Assembly: GCA_035581425.1 (NCBI GenBank)
Contig: DATJVP010000081.1
Span: 6-64,005, forward strand
Length of the DNA stretch: 64,000 bases
From: Stellaceae bacterium
GTDB lineage: Bacteria; Pseudomonadota; Alphaproteobacteria; ATCC43930; CGMCC-115725
Reading direction: 5' to 3'
Of this stretch, positions 38,414 through 50,198 are shown piece by piece (position 1 is the first letter of the stretch; the number at the start of each line of letters is the position of its first letter). The notes beneath the pieces are model-generated. The model was not told the DNA's origin. It was given only the letters and a program-made list of their open reading frames with translations, and made no database searches. A program made the translations under genes and the position numbers.

Positions 38414-38537
38414 CGGTGCCTCCTATGAGATTTTCACGGCCTACCAGCCTGCGGCCGATTTGGTTAATTGAGCCCTAATGTCCCCGGGTATTTTGCACAA
38501 ACACCTGCATTTCCGCGGGACATCGGTGCCTAGACGC

Positions 38538-38987
38538 CTATTTGGCCGCGTCCTCGCAATGACCGAAGTAGGAAGCGACCTCCGTGGGCGCCGGAAGGGT
38601 CACGCTGACGCGCCGCGAGGGCAGGCCCAGGCTCACCACAAACTCGAGCGACCCCACGCGCTGGTCGTGCGGCGGCTCTCCGCGCACCAAGGCGTGGAGC
38701 CGCCGCTCGTCGAGGTCGCCGATCGGGGCGGATCGCGCGCTAATCGTCGTGAAGCGCTCGGTGCCGCGGTAGCAGGTCTCGCCGAGGCAGAACTCCGCGA
38801 TGCCGCGGGCAAAGTCGAGATCGAACTCCTGGAAATGATCCTGGGTATCTCGCTCGCAGCTCGTATCCGTGCACCGCACGGTGTTCTCAAAGGTGCAGCG
38901 GAGCGGGGGCGGGGTGGCCGCAGCGCAGAGCTGCGCTGCGGCGATACTCAGAAACAGGGAGATGATAATGCAAAGGTGCGTGCGCAT
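38538..38987 (-). CDS. secreted Cys-rich hypothetical protein
   Basis: Internal ATG 38987: MRTHLCIIISLFLSIAAAQLCAAATPPP signal peptide. The mature part has 6 Cys (RCTFENTVRCTDTSCERD ... FCLGETCY ... HCED). No family recognised. Confidence 0.5.
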   Translation of the reverse strand: MRTHLCIIISLFLSIAAAQLCAAATPPPLRCTFENTVRCTDTSCERDTQDHFQEFDLDFARGIAEFCLGETCYRGTERFTTISARSAPIGDLDERRLHALVRGEPPHDQRVGSLEFVVSLGLPSRRVSVTLPAPTEVASYFGHCEDAAK

Positions 38988-39120
38988 CGAAATTCTCCGG
39001 CTCGACTCTGAACGACCCTGGGTTGAAGCACCAAAGCCCACCAAGGCCAAGCCCAAAAGACCTTGCCGCCCTGACGCCCCCACGGTTCATAATCGAGCCC
39101 CGGAAGCATCGGAGGACCCC

Positions 39121-39519
39121 ATGACGACCGAAGCCGAATGGCGGGCGAAGCTGACGCCGGAGCAGTTCCAGGTGCTGCGCAAGCACGGAACCGAGCGTGC
39201 GGGGTCGAGCCCGCTCAACGAGGAGCACCGCGCGGGCGTCTTCAAGTGCGCGGGCTGCGGCACGCCCGTCTATCGCTCGGAGGCGAAGTTCGACAGCGGC
39301 ACGGGCTGGCCGAGCTTCTTCGCTCCCATCGAGGGCGCGATCGAGACCTCTACCGACTTCAAGCTGATCTATCCGCGCACCGAGGTGCATTGCCACGTCT
39401 GCGGCGGGCATCTGGGCCACGTCTTCAAGGACGGCCCGAAGCCCACGGGGCTCCGCTACTGCATGAACGGCGTCGCCATGAAATTCGAGCCCGATCCCCC
39501 GAAAAAGGATGGAACCTGA
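39121..39519 (+). CDS. msrB: peptide-methionine (R)-S-oxide reductase MsrB
   Basis: 132 aa. Two CxxC pairs (CAGCGTP, CHVCGGHLGHVF) and the catalytic RYCMNG. GGAGGA RBS. Confidence 0.95.
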   Translation: MTTEAEWRAKLTPEQFQVLRKHGTERAGSSPLNEEHRAGVFKCAGCGTPVYRSEAKFDSGTGWPSFFAPIEGAIETSTDFKLIYPRTEVHCHVCGGHLGHVFKDGPKPTGLRYCMNGVAMKFEPDPPKKDGT

Positions 39520-40664
39520 TGCGCCCCTTCGAGGGCATAAGGGTGCTCGACGCAACGCACGTGCTCGCGGGCCCTTTCGCGACGTATCAGCTCGCCGTTC
39601 TCGGCGCCGACGTGATCAAGATCGAGCATCCCGAGGAGCCCGACCAGAGCCGAAGCAATGGGACCGATCCCGCGCTCAACGACGCGGGCATGGGGACGGG
39701 CTTCCTGACGCAGGCCTCGAACAAGCGCTCGATCGTGCTCGACCTCAAGACGAAGGCGGGGCAAGAGGCGCTCAAATCCCTCGCGAAGACCGCCGACATC
39801 CTCGTTGAGAATTACCGTCCCGGCGCCTTCGAGGCGCTGGGTCTCGGCTACGAGGCGCTCGCGGCGCTCAACCCGCGTCTGATCTACGCCTCCTTCTCGG
39901 CCTTCGGCCAGAAAGGGCCGCGAGGGACGCAGACCGCCTACGATCACGTGATCCAGGCGACGTCGGGGATCATGGCGATGACGGGGACAGAGGAGGTGCA
40001 TCCCGTCAAGTTCGGCTCGCCCGCGGTCGACTACGCGACCGGCATGTCCGGTGCCTTTGCGCTCGCCTCGGCGCTCTTCCAGCGCGAGCGCACGGGCAAG
40101 GGCCAGCGCATCGACATGGCGATGCTCGACGTCGCGATGATCCTCATGAGTTCGCATCTGACGGGCTATCTCCGGAATGGCGTCCATCCGGCGCCCGTCG
40201 GGAACAAGCACTCGCACGCCACCAACAGCGCCTATCCGACCAAGAGCGGGCTCCTGATGCTGGGTGCGAGCAACCTCCGCCAGCAACGGCGTCTCTGGCA
40301 GGCGCTCGAGCTTCCGGAGATGGCGAAGCGCACGAACCGCGAGCGCGACGCCGACCGCGCGCGAGAGGCTGCCGTCCTCTCGGAGATCCTGGCGCGGCGG
40401 ACCGCCGACGAATGGGAGGTGTTCTTCCAGTCGCGCCACGTCCCCGCCGCGCGCGTGCGCAGCATGGGCGAGGCCCTCGCCGATCCTCAGCTCGCGACCC
40501 GCGGCGTCCTCCACCGCTTCGCGAGCGCACCGGGAGTCCCCGGCGCGTTCAGCGTGCCGATCTCGCCCTTCCTCTTCGCCCACGGCGGCCCTCGCGTGGA
40601 CTCACCCCCGCCGCGGCTCGGCGAGCACACGGAGGCGGTGCTGGAGGAGGCGAAGGGAAAGTGA
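39519..40664 (+). CDS. CaiB/BaiF family III CoA-transferase
   Basis: MRPFEGIRVLDATHVLAGPFATYQLAVLGADVIKIE... is the typical family III N-terminus. The start overlaps the msrB stop by 1 nt (TGATG). Confidence 0.9.
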   Translation: MRPFEGIRVLDATHVLAGPFATYQLAVLGADVIKIEHPEEPDQSRSNGTDPALNDAGMGTGFLTQASNKRSIVLDLKTKAGQEALKSLAKTADILVENYRPGAFEALGLGYEALAALNPRLIYASFSAFGQKGPRGTQTAYDHVIQATSGIMAMTGTEEVHPVKFGSPAVDYATGMSGAFALASALFQRERTGKGQRIDMAMLDVAMILMSSHLTGYLRNGVHPAPVGNKHSHATNSAYPTKSGLLMLGASNLRQQRRLWQALELPEMAKRTNRERDADRAREAAVLSEILARRTADEWEVFFQSRHVPAARVRSMGEALADPQLATRGVLHRFASAPGVPGAFSVPISPFLFAHGGPRVDSPPPRLGEHTEAVLEEAKGK

Positions 40665-40715
40665 CGGCCGCCGCCTCGCCGACTCCTTTTTCGTCATGGT
40701 GCGATGAGGCGGCCC

Positions 40716-41141
40716 TTACCGCGCCGCGCTCGTCTCGGGGAGCCTCGCACGCCGGCTCTCGCGCATCGCCGGCACTCGGCGGAAGACGATGACCGTGAAG
40801 AGGAGCATCGCGAGAAGGGTGAGGAGCGAGCCCACGATGGCCACGCCCTCGAAGCTCTCGGGGTAGCCGGCGTAGATGCCGCTGACGCCAGTGACGAGCG
40901 CGAGGGCACCGATGTTCGCGAGCCAGAAATGCATCCAGGCGGCGCCGCCTTCCGCCGCCTCGGGCCAGGCGCGGTAAACGAGGGCGTAAAGCGCCATCGT
41001 GGCCCAGCCCAGGAGATTGATGTGGGCGTGGGCCGGCATCAGGGAGTGGTCCTGCGCCATCGCCATGGCGATGCCGAGCCCCAGGCCCGCAAGGGCATAG
41101 AGCACGGCAACGCGCAGGAAGAGACCGTCGAGCCGAACCAT
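40716..41141 (-). CDS. hypothetical 4-TM membrane protein with an HAH motif
   Basis: 141 aa from the internal ATG 41141. Four hydrophobic helices, with PAHAHINLLGW in helix 2. No family confidently recognised. Confidence 0.55.
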   Translation of the reverse strand: MVRLDGLFLRVAVLYALAGLGLGIAMAMAQDHSLMPAHAHINLLGWATMALYALVYRAWPEAAEGGAAWMHFWLANIGALALVTGVSGIYAGYPESFEGVAIVGSLLTLLAMLLFTVIVFRRVPAMRESRRARLPETSAAR

Positions 41142-41142
41142 G

Positions 41143-41352
41143 TCATACGCCTTCGTAGTGATGACGGCAGGGGTGTCCGCCGCCGCCGCTCGCTTGGAGC
41201 GTCCGCGCGCGGCGGGCAATCAATGCCGCGAGATCGCGGGGATCGACGTGGTCGGCCACCATCAACGCATAGACGATGGGATCGGCGAGCATCTCCGCGA
41301 GTGTCGGCTCCGGGCGGAGATCGCGCGCCCTGCAGATCCAATGGCTATCCAT
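41143..41352 (-). CDS. small hypothetical protein (69 aa)
   Basis: MDSHWICRARDLRPEPTLAEMLADPIVYALMVADHVDPRDLAALIARRA... Its start overlaps the upstream stop by 8 nt, and its stop lies 1 nt from the downstream start. Coding status rests on operon packing and codon bias only. Confidence 0.4.
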   Translation of the reverse strand: MDSHWICRARDLRPEPTLAEMLADPIVYALMVADHVDPRDLAALIARRARTLQASGGGGHPCRHHYEGV

Positions 41353-41860
41353 GGGCGGCCTCCATTTGCGAAAGGACGGGGCGCCGCTCGCTGCGCGGGC
41401 GCATCGCCGCCGCGAAGGAGGCTCTGAGCCGAGCGGGCTCGGCGGCGGCACGATACTCGTCCTGCATCTCCGGCGTCAGGAGCTCGAGCTCGACGCGGTT
41501 CTCGACCCAGAGCTCGATGACGTGGAAGAGGCCGCCGCGCGAGCAGACGCGGCAGAGCCAGCCCTCGCGCGCGGCGATGCGCTCGACTTCCGAGATACTG
41601 CGGCAGATGCCGATCGCCAGATGGGTCGCGGTCGCCCGCGGCGTCTCGAATGCCTCGATGCTCTCGACCTCGATGTCGCCGGGGATCAGGACGTGTCCCG
41701 CCGGGATGACTTCAATCGCGGAGCCGTGCTCGTCGCCCGCGAGCACGATGTAGGCGCCGCGGACCGGCGGGAAGGGAAGCGCGGTTCCGCGCCAAATCTC
41801 CGCGAGGACGGAGGCGACGTGACGGGGGTCTTGGGCGTCGATCGATGCATGGAACAACAT
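41345..41860 (-). CDS. conserved hypothetical protein (possibly VOC/glyoxalase-like fold)
   Basis: 171 aa. MLFHASIDAQDPRHVASVLAEIW...PFPP... and HVIELWVENRVELELLTPEM resemble a conserved hypothetical family recalled from memory. The fold assignment is tentative. Confidence 0.5.
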   Translation of the reverse strand: MLFHASIDAQDPRHVASVLAEIWRGTALPFPPVRGAYIVLAGDEHGSAIEVIPAGHVLIPGDIEVESIEAFETPRATATHLAIGICRSISEVERIAAREGWLCRVCSRGGLFHVIELWVENRVELELLTPEMQDEYRAAAEPARLRASFAAAMRPRSERRPVLSQMEAAHG

Positions 41861-41986
41861 GACACTCGCTCCAATCGAATGAACTGAGCGCGATCGGCCT
41901 CCTCGCCGACGCCTCGATGTTCGGAAAGTAGCGGGTCCGCTAGGGCTAGACTTCGCCCGGACGAGCCATGAATAGTAAATTATGTT

Positions 41987-42006
41987 AATGGCCCGATCGG
42001 GCCATT
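41987..42006 (-). terminator. perfect 20-nt palindrome AATGGCCCGATCGGGCCATT downstream of the LuxR-type gene
   Basis: Read directly. It lies 11 nt after the stop at 42017 and is followed on the minus strand by the A/T-rich AACATAATTTACTATT. Confidence 0.5.
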
Positions 42007-42016
42007 GGGGTCTCGC

Positions 42017-43534
42017 TCAGAGCAGGCCCTCGCGCGCCGCGAGCGCCGCCGCCGCCGCGCGCGTCGGCAGGTCGAGCTTGGTGAGGATATTGGCGACGTG
42101 CCGCTTCACCGTATGCTCGCTGAGGTCGAGCTTTCGCGCGATGCTCGCATTGCTCAACCCCTGCGCGATGAGGCGCAGCACCTCGCGCTCGCGGCCGCTG
42201 AGCCCGGCGAAGGACTTTGCTGTCGGCGAGGGCGCGGGAGCGCGGGCGGGGGCGCCCGGCTCGCCCGCTGCGCGGCGGAGAGCGCCGATATAGCGCTCGT
42301 GAAGCCCAGTCTCCGTGAAATGCGTGCGTCCCTCGAGCCGGCTCTCGATGAGGCCGGGCGCGAGCCGCCTTATCGCCGCCACCGCCTCTCCTGCCTCCCC
42401 GTCCCGCCCCATTTCCGCGAGGCAGGCCGCGAGCAGGATGTAGTGCCCCGCGTAATCGCGATTGATCGTGACGGCGCGCCGCGCGTTCTCGAGGCAGCGC
42501 TGGAGATCGCCGCCCACCCAGGCCGCGAGGCCCAGCGCCCAGTAGCCGATATCGGTCGTGCGATCACTCGGGCTGAGGCGCAGCGAGAGCTCAGCGTGCC
42601 GTGCGGCATCCTCGGCCATGCCGAAGTTCGATTCCTCCCACGAGAGCCAGCGCAGCGTCGTCACGTCGTTTGGATTGAGCTCATGCGCCTGGCGGAGATT
42701 GGCGAGCGACTCCTCGTGCCGCATGCGGCGCATCGCGACGTGGCCGAGGATCGCATAGGCCCAGTGATTGCGCGCGTCGAGCTCGCGCAGGCGCTGGGCC
42801 GCCGCATCGGCGGCAGCCAGGTCCTCCTGCGCTTCGGCATTGAAGTGCCCCATCACGCCGCGCCGGCAATGACCGAAGGCGAGCGCGTAATGCGCGCGCA
42901 GGCAGTGCGGATCGAGCGCCACGGCGCGGCGTGCGAACTCGATCCCCTCGCTGACCGCAGCCCTGTCCTCGGCGGCGATCCCGCGGGAGATCGCGGCGGC
43001 GGCGCGGAGCGCGAGGTCGTAGGCTGCTGGATCGGTATGCGTCGTGCGCTCCGCGCGCTGCTGCTCCGCGAAATGGATCTCGGGCGCGATGCTGCCGACG
43101 ATGCGGCGCGCGATTTCTGCCTGGAGGTCGAGCACGTCGCCGAGCTCGCCGTCGTGGCGGTCGGCCCAAATGCGCTCGCCGCTGGCGCCGTCGACGAGGC
43201 CGACGGAGATGCGGAGGCGCTCGCCGCCGCGGCGGACGCTTCCTTCGAGCACGTACTGCACGCCGAGCTCGCGCGCGACCCGCTTCACGTCGCCCGCAAA
43301 GGGCTCGCAGGCGAAGCTCGAATTGCGCCCGATCACGAAGATGTCGCGGAAGCTCGAGAGCTCCGTGATGATGTCGTCGGTGATGCCGTCGCTGAGGTAG
43401 CGCTGCTCGGGATCGCCGCTGAGATTGGTGAAGGGAAGGACGGCGATCGAAGGGCCGCTGCGCTTGGCGGAGTCGTCCTTGCTGCCGCGCGCCGCGGCGA
43501 GCTCGAAAATCTTCCTCTCCGGCGGCGGCGTCAT
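42017..43534 (-). CDS. LuxR-family transcriptional regulator with N-terminal TolB-N-like segment and TPR repeats
   Basis: [32 protein letters not shown], a TPR-like middle region, and a C-terminal LuxR HTH ([40 protein letters not shown]). Start at the internal ATG 43534. Confidence 0.8.
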   Translation of the reverse strand: MTPPPERKIFELAAARGSKDDSAKRSGPSIAVLPFTNLSGDPEQRYLSDGITDDIITELSSFRDIFVIGRNSSFACEPFAGDVKRVARELGVQYVLEGSVRRGGERLRISVGLVDGASGERIWADRHDGELGDVLDLQAEIARRIVGSIAPEIHFAEQQRAERTTHTDPAAYDLALRAAAAISRGIAAEDRAAVSEGIEFARRAVALDPHCLRAHYALAFGHCRRGVMGHFNAEAQEDLAAADAAAQRLRELDARNHWAYAILGHVAMRRMRHEESLANLRQAHELNPNDVTTLRWLSWEESNFGMAEDAARHAELSLRLSPSDRTTDIGYWALGLAAWVGGDLQRCLENARRAVTINRDYAGHYILLAACLAEMGRDGEAGEAVAAIRRLAPGLIESRLEGRTHFTETGLHERYIGALRRAAGEPGAPARAPAPSPTAKSFAGLSGREREVLRLIAQGLSNASIARKLDLSEHTVKRHVANILTKLDLPTRAAAAALAAREGLL

Positions 43535-43590
43535 TTCAAACCCAGATAGCTCCTGCCGCCTCGAGGGGAAGGGTGGGGAGGGGCGCGCTC

Positions 43591-46056
<2,466 letters not shown>

Positions 46057-46079
46057 TCAGCAATCCCTTTAAAAGCTGT

Positions 46080-47285
46080 TCAAGCCGCCGCCAGCATTGC
46101 CTCGGCGACGGCGAAAAATTGCGCGCGCCCGCGCAGCCCCTCGAAAAGCTCGGCATCGGTGCCGGTGAGCCAAGCCTGCGCGCCGAGTGCCGCGAGCTCC
46201 GCAAAGAGCGCCGCCCGCCGCGCGGGGTCGAGATGCGCCGCGACTTCGTCGAGGAGCAGGAGCGGCGCACGTCCGCGGAGCGTCGCCTGCAGCCGCGCAT
46301 GCGCGAGGACGATCGCGATCAGCAGCGCCTTCTGCTCGCCGGTCGAGCCTTCGGCGGCCGGCATGCCCGTCCCCGCATGCCGCACGCGAAGGTCGCTCCG
46401 ATGCGGGCCGAGCGCCGTGGTGCCGCTTTCGGCGTCCTGGCGGCGCAGTGCCTCGAGCCGCGCGCGCAGCCGATCCTCGACCGCGAGCGCGGGGTCGCTT
46501 TCGAGCATCTGATCGACCTCACCGACGAGCGCGAGCCGCGCCGCCGGAAAGGGGCCCACGGCCTCGGCGCAAGCGCGATCGAGCCGCAGCACCGCCTCGC
46601 GCCGCGCCGCCGCGACAGCGACGCCCGTCGCCGCCATAGTCTCCTCGAGCGCCGCAAGCCAGCTCCGGTCGATCGGCCCGTCGCGCAGGAGCCGCGCCCG
46701 CTCGCGCATTGCCTGCTCGTAGGCACCGAGGCGCTGGGCGTGCTCGGCGTCGAAGCCGTAGACGAGCCGGTCGAGGAAGCGTCGCCGTGGCGAGCCGCCC
46801 TCGACGAAGAGCCGGTCCATCGCCGGCACCAGCCAGACGAGACCCAGGTGGAGCGCGAGCGCCGCTTGGCTCCGCTGCGCCTCGCCGTCGAGGGTGAGGA
46901 GGCGTCGCTCGCTGCCCTCGGCGGAATCGCGGCCGGTGCCGATCTCGAGGGTCCCCTCCGGCGTCTCGAGGCTCGCATGCACCGCCCAGGCGCCGCCGAG
47001 GGGGCCTTCGAGCGCTCCATCAGGGCCCCGCCGCCGACGGTCGATCTCCCCAAGCCGCGCCCGCCGCAAGCCGCGCCCGGGCGCCAGGAACGAGAGCGCC
47101 TCCAGCAGGTTCGTCTTGCCCGCGCCATTCGGTCCGTGCAGCACCACCGGCGCCGCCGCAAGCGCCAGCCGCGCCGCGCCATAGCCGCGGAAATCCGTCA
47201 GCATCAGCCGCCGAACGGCCACCGTGCGCGCGGGCGCGGCGCACACCCCTCGGTCCTCGGCAAGGGCAGTGAGATTGGCGGTCAT
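46080..47285 (-). CDS. recF: DNA replication and repair protein RecF
   Basis: LTDFRGY, Walker A GPNGAGKTNLLEA, LLLLDEVAAHLD. The true start may be an internal GTG near 47216. Confidence 0.93.
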   Translation of the reverse strand: MTANLTALAEDRGVCAAPARTVAVRRLMLTDFRGYGAARLALAAAPVVLHGPNGAGKTNLLEALSFLAPGRGLRRARLGEIDRRRRGPDGALEGPLGGAWAVHASLETPEGTLEIGTGRDSAEGSERRLLTLDGEAQRSQAALALHLGLVWLVPAMDRLFVEGGSPRRRFLDRLVYGFDAEHAQRLGAYEQAMRERARLLRDGPIDRSWLAALEETMAATGVAVAAARREAVLRLDRACAEAVGPFPAARLALVGEVDQMLESDPALAVEDRLRARLEALRRQDAESGTTALGPHRSDLRVRHAGTGMPAAEGSTGEQKALLIAIVLAHARLQATLRGRAPLLLLDEVAAHLDPARRAALFAELAALGAQAWLTGTDAELFEGLRGRAQFFAVAEAMLAAA

Positions 47286-47449
47286 GCCGACACGGTCGCA
47301 GTGATTCGGTTAGCCGCTGCGCGAGCAGCCCGCGTCCTTCGAGACGCGCGCTCCCGCGCGCTCCTCAAGATGAGGAATACTGAGGATGGCATTATGAAAA
47401 GTCCGGCCCCCCAGCCAATGTCGACACCGCGGGATGCTCTCATCGCTGC

Positions 47450-48568
47450 TCAGACCCGCATCGGCATCAGCACGTAGAGGGCGCTGCCGTCGGCGCTGTC
47501 GCGCACGAGGGTCGGCGAGGCCGCATCCGCGATCGCAAAGCGCGCGCCCTCGCCTTCGATCTGCTCGGCGATGTCGAGGAGATAGCGCGCGTTGAATCCG
47601 ATCTCGATGGGCGAGGCGCCATAGCGCACCTCGAGCTCCTCGCTGGCGGTCCCGTTCTCCGGGCTCGTCGCCGAAAGCGTGAGATTGCCGCGCTCGACCG
47701 AGAGCTTCACCGCGCGGCTCTTCTCGGTGGAGATCGTGGAGACGCGGTCGACCGCCTCCGCGAACTCCTTGCGGTTCACCTCCAGCACCTTGTCGTTCCC
47801 CGTGGGGATCACGCGGTCGTAGTCCGGGAAAGTGCCGTCGATGAGCTTCGAGGTGAGCAGGGTCTCTCCCAGCACGAAGCGGATTTTGGTGTCCGAGAGA
47901 GAGAGCGTCGCGTCCTCCGCGGTCTCGTCGAGGAGCTTGCGCAGCTCCGTCACGGTCTTGCGCGGGACGATGACGCCGGGCATGCCGGAGGCGCCTTCGG
48001 GAAGCGGAATTTCCATCCGCGCGAGACGGTGCCCGTCCGTCGCAACCGCCCGCAGCATTGCGACCCCATCGCTCTTCGCCGCGTGCAGGTAGATGCCGTT
48101 CAGGTAGTAGCGGGTCTCCTCGGTCGAGATCGCAAAGCGCGTGCGGTCGATGAGGCGCTTCAGGTCGCCCGCTCCGAGCGTGAAGGCGTAGGGGAGATCG
48201 CCGCTCGCCATCAGCGGATAATCCTCGGGGGGGAGGCAGGCGAGCGAGAAGACCGAGCGCCCCGCGCGCACGCTCATCTGTCCCTTGTCTCCGGTCGCCG
48301 CAAGCTCGACCTGCGCGCCTTCCGGAAGCTTGCGCACGATGTCGTAGAGCGTATGTGCGGGCGCCGTGGTGGTGCCGCCCGCCGCCACCTGCGCCGGCAC
48401 CGACTCCACGATCTCGAGGTCCATGTCCGTGGCGCTAAGGGCGAGCTTGCCGTCGCCCGCGCGCAGCAGGACGTTGGAGAGGATCGCGATGGTGTTGCGC
48501 CGCTCGACCACGCTCTGCACGTGGCCCAAGGCGCGAAGCAGCTGGGCGCGCTCTATGGTCAGTTTCAT
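47450..48568 (-). CDS. dnaN: DNA polymerase III beta sliding clamp
   Basis: 372 aa from ATG 48568. MKLTIERAQLLRALGHVQSVVERRNTIAILSNVLL and the C-terminal YVLMPMRV. Confidence 0.97.
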   Translation of the reverse strand: MKLTIERAQLLRALGHVQSVVERRNTIAILSNVLLRAGDGKLALSATDMDLEIVESVPAQVAAGGTTTAPAHTLYDIVRKLPEGAQVELAATGDKGQMSVRAGRSVFSLACLPPEDYPLMASGDLPYAFTLGAGDLKRLIDRTRFAISTEETRYYLNGIYLHAAKSDGVAMLRAVATDGHRLARMEIPLPEGASGMPGVIVPRKTVTELRKLLDETAEDATLSLSDTKIRFVLGETLLTSKLIDGTFPDYDRVIPTGNDKVLEVNRKEFAEAVDRVSTISTEKSRAVKLSVERGNLTLSATSPENGTASEELEVRYGASPIEIGFNARYLLDIAEQIEGEGARFAIADAASPTLVRDSADGSALYVLMPMRV

Positions 48569-48941
48569 GGTTGGTGGCGTTGCCTTGTTTTTCGGATTTT
48601 GGGCTCTTCCCTGGGCATCGATTCCAGCCCCGCGCAGCCGCCGGTCCGGGCCCGCGCGGGGAGTCGTAAAGTATAGCACAAACCCATGAATCGCCTAACC
48701 TTTTCGGGTCAGGTGGGGGTTTCAAACCCGCTTGGATTTCAAGGGCTTGGAGCGGCGCGTAGAGCGCGCGTTTCGGCGCTGCGCAAAAAGCGCGAAGGGC
48801 CCCGCCGGAGGGGATGGCGAGGCCCTTCTCCTCGATACGGAGACTTGGACCGACGTCGGGGGGAGCTTGACTCCGGCGGTCTCCGCATCTCGGCTCGCGC
48901 GGCGCCCTTGGGCGCCGCGTTGGTTCATCGGCGGATGGCGC

Positions 48942-49316
48942 TCAGGCGCCGGTGCCGATCGCCTCGCGAAGCGCCGTCAGGAAGGCCGAGGCGTCGATCG
49001 GCTTGCTCAACACCGCCTTGGCGCCGAGCACGGTCATCGCCTTGCGGCAGGGATCGTTCTCCTGCTCGACCTCGCCCGTGACCCCGATCACCGGGAGCGT
49101 CGGCACGCGCTTGCGCACCGCGCGAATGGTCTCGATCCCGTCCGCCATCGGCATGAAGAGATCGGTGACGACGGCGTCGAAGGGCTCCGACTGCACCGCG
49201 GTCTCGACCATGCTTCCGTTCGTCAGCGTGCGGACTTGGTAGCCCGCCCGCATCAGGAGCGCTGCGAGATAGTCCCGAAAGATTTCGTCGTCGTCGATAA
49301 GGAGAATTTTCTGCAT
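48942..49316 (-). CDS. single-domain (CheY-like) response regulator
   Basis: 124 aa. KILLIDDD ... DAVVTDLFMPMADG ... SKP. It starts 28 nt downstream of the ctrA stop. Confidence 0.88.
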   Translation of the reverse strand: MQKILLIDDDEIFRDYLAALLMRAGYQVRTLTNGSMVETAVQSEPFDAVVTDLFMPMADGIETIRAVRKRVPTLPVIGVTGEVEQENDPCRKAMTVLGAKAVLSKPIDASAFLTALREAIGTGA

Positions 49317-49344
49317 AAACTCGCTCGAAGACGATGGGTTCGAA

Positions 49345-50079
49345 TCAGGCCTCGGCGGCGGCGGCCCCCGCGTTGACGGGTTGCACCGGCGCCTCGGCCT
49401 CTGGCGCGGGATCGCGCAGCACATAGCCCCGGCCCCAAACGGTCAGGATGTAGCTGTCTTGGCCGAGCGCCTGAGCGAGCTTCTTGCGCAGCTTGCAGAT
49501 GAAGACGTCGATGATCTTGAGCTCGGGCTCGTCGCGCCCGCCATAGAGATGGTTGAGGAACATCTCCTTGGTAAGCGTCGTCCCCTTGCGCAGCGCCAGA
49601 AGCTCGAGGATGCCGTATTCCTTGCCGGTGATGTTGACGCGCTTGCCGTCGACCTCGACCGTGCGGCTGTCGAAATTGACGGTCATGCGCCCCGTGCGGA
49701 TCGCGGACTCCGAATGGCCCTTGGAGCGGCGGACGATCGCATGCATGCGTGCGATGAGCTCGCGCCGGTCGAAAGGCTTCGTGATGAAGTCGTCGGCGCC
49801 GATACCCAGCGCCTTCAGCTTGTGGTCGAGCTGGCTCAGGCCGGAGAGGATCATGATGGGCGTGCGGACCCTGGCTGCGCGCAGCCGCCGCAGCACCTCG
49901 TAGCCGTCCATGTCCGGCAGCATCAGGTCGAGGATGATGAGGTCGTAGTCATAGAGCTTGCCGATCTCGAGTCCGTCCTCACCGAGATCGGTGATGTCGA
50001 CAACGACATTCTCGGCCCGAAGGATCATTTCGATCCCGGCAGCGGTTGCGGAATGATCCTCGACGAGTAGTACACGCAT
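49345..50079 (-). CDS. ctrA: cell-cycle response regulator CtrA (OmpR family)
   Basis: [21 protein letters not shown]...[27 protein letters not shown]...[52 protein letters not shown]...[10 protein letters not shown] is nearly collinear with the remembered Caulobacter/Sinorhizobium CtrA sequence. Confidence 0.9.
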   Translation of the reverse strand: MRVLLVEDHSATAAGIEMILRAENVVVDITDLGEDGLEIGKLYDYDLIILDLMLPDMDGYEVLRRLRAARVRTPIMILSGLSQLDHKLKALGIGADDFITKPFDRRELIARMHAIVRRSKGHSESAIRTGRMTVNFDSRTVEVDGKRVNITGKEYGILELLALRKGTTLTKEMFLNHLYGGRDEPELKIIDVFICKLRKKLAQALGQDSYILTVWGRGYVLRDPAPEAEAPVQPVNAGAAAAEA

Positions 50080-50198
50080 TTCGACACCTGATGATTGCCC
50101 TAATAGAGACGGGCAAAAATTAGGCCGTGCGGGCGCCGCGTCCGGGGAGGCGTCGGTATGGGGCGCAGTCGCGTCGGTATTGGACCCCATACTTTAGG

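Noticed and set aside
48717-48729. GGGTTTCAAACCC near-palindrome in the 373-bp region upstream of dnaN, considered as a tRNA fragment or small RNA.
   Set aside because: The loop would be about 1 nt, no cloverleaf arms or anticodon-loop context surround it, and no T-tract follows. This is not enough to support an RNA gene.
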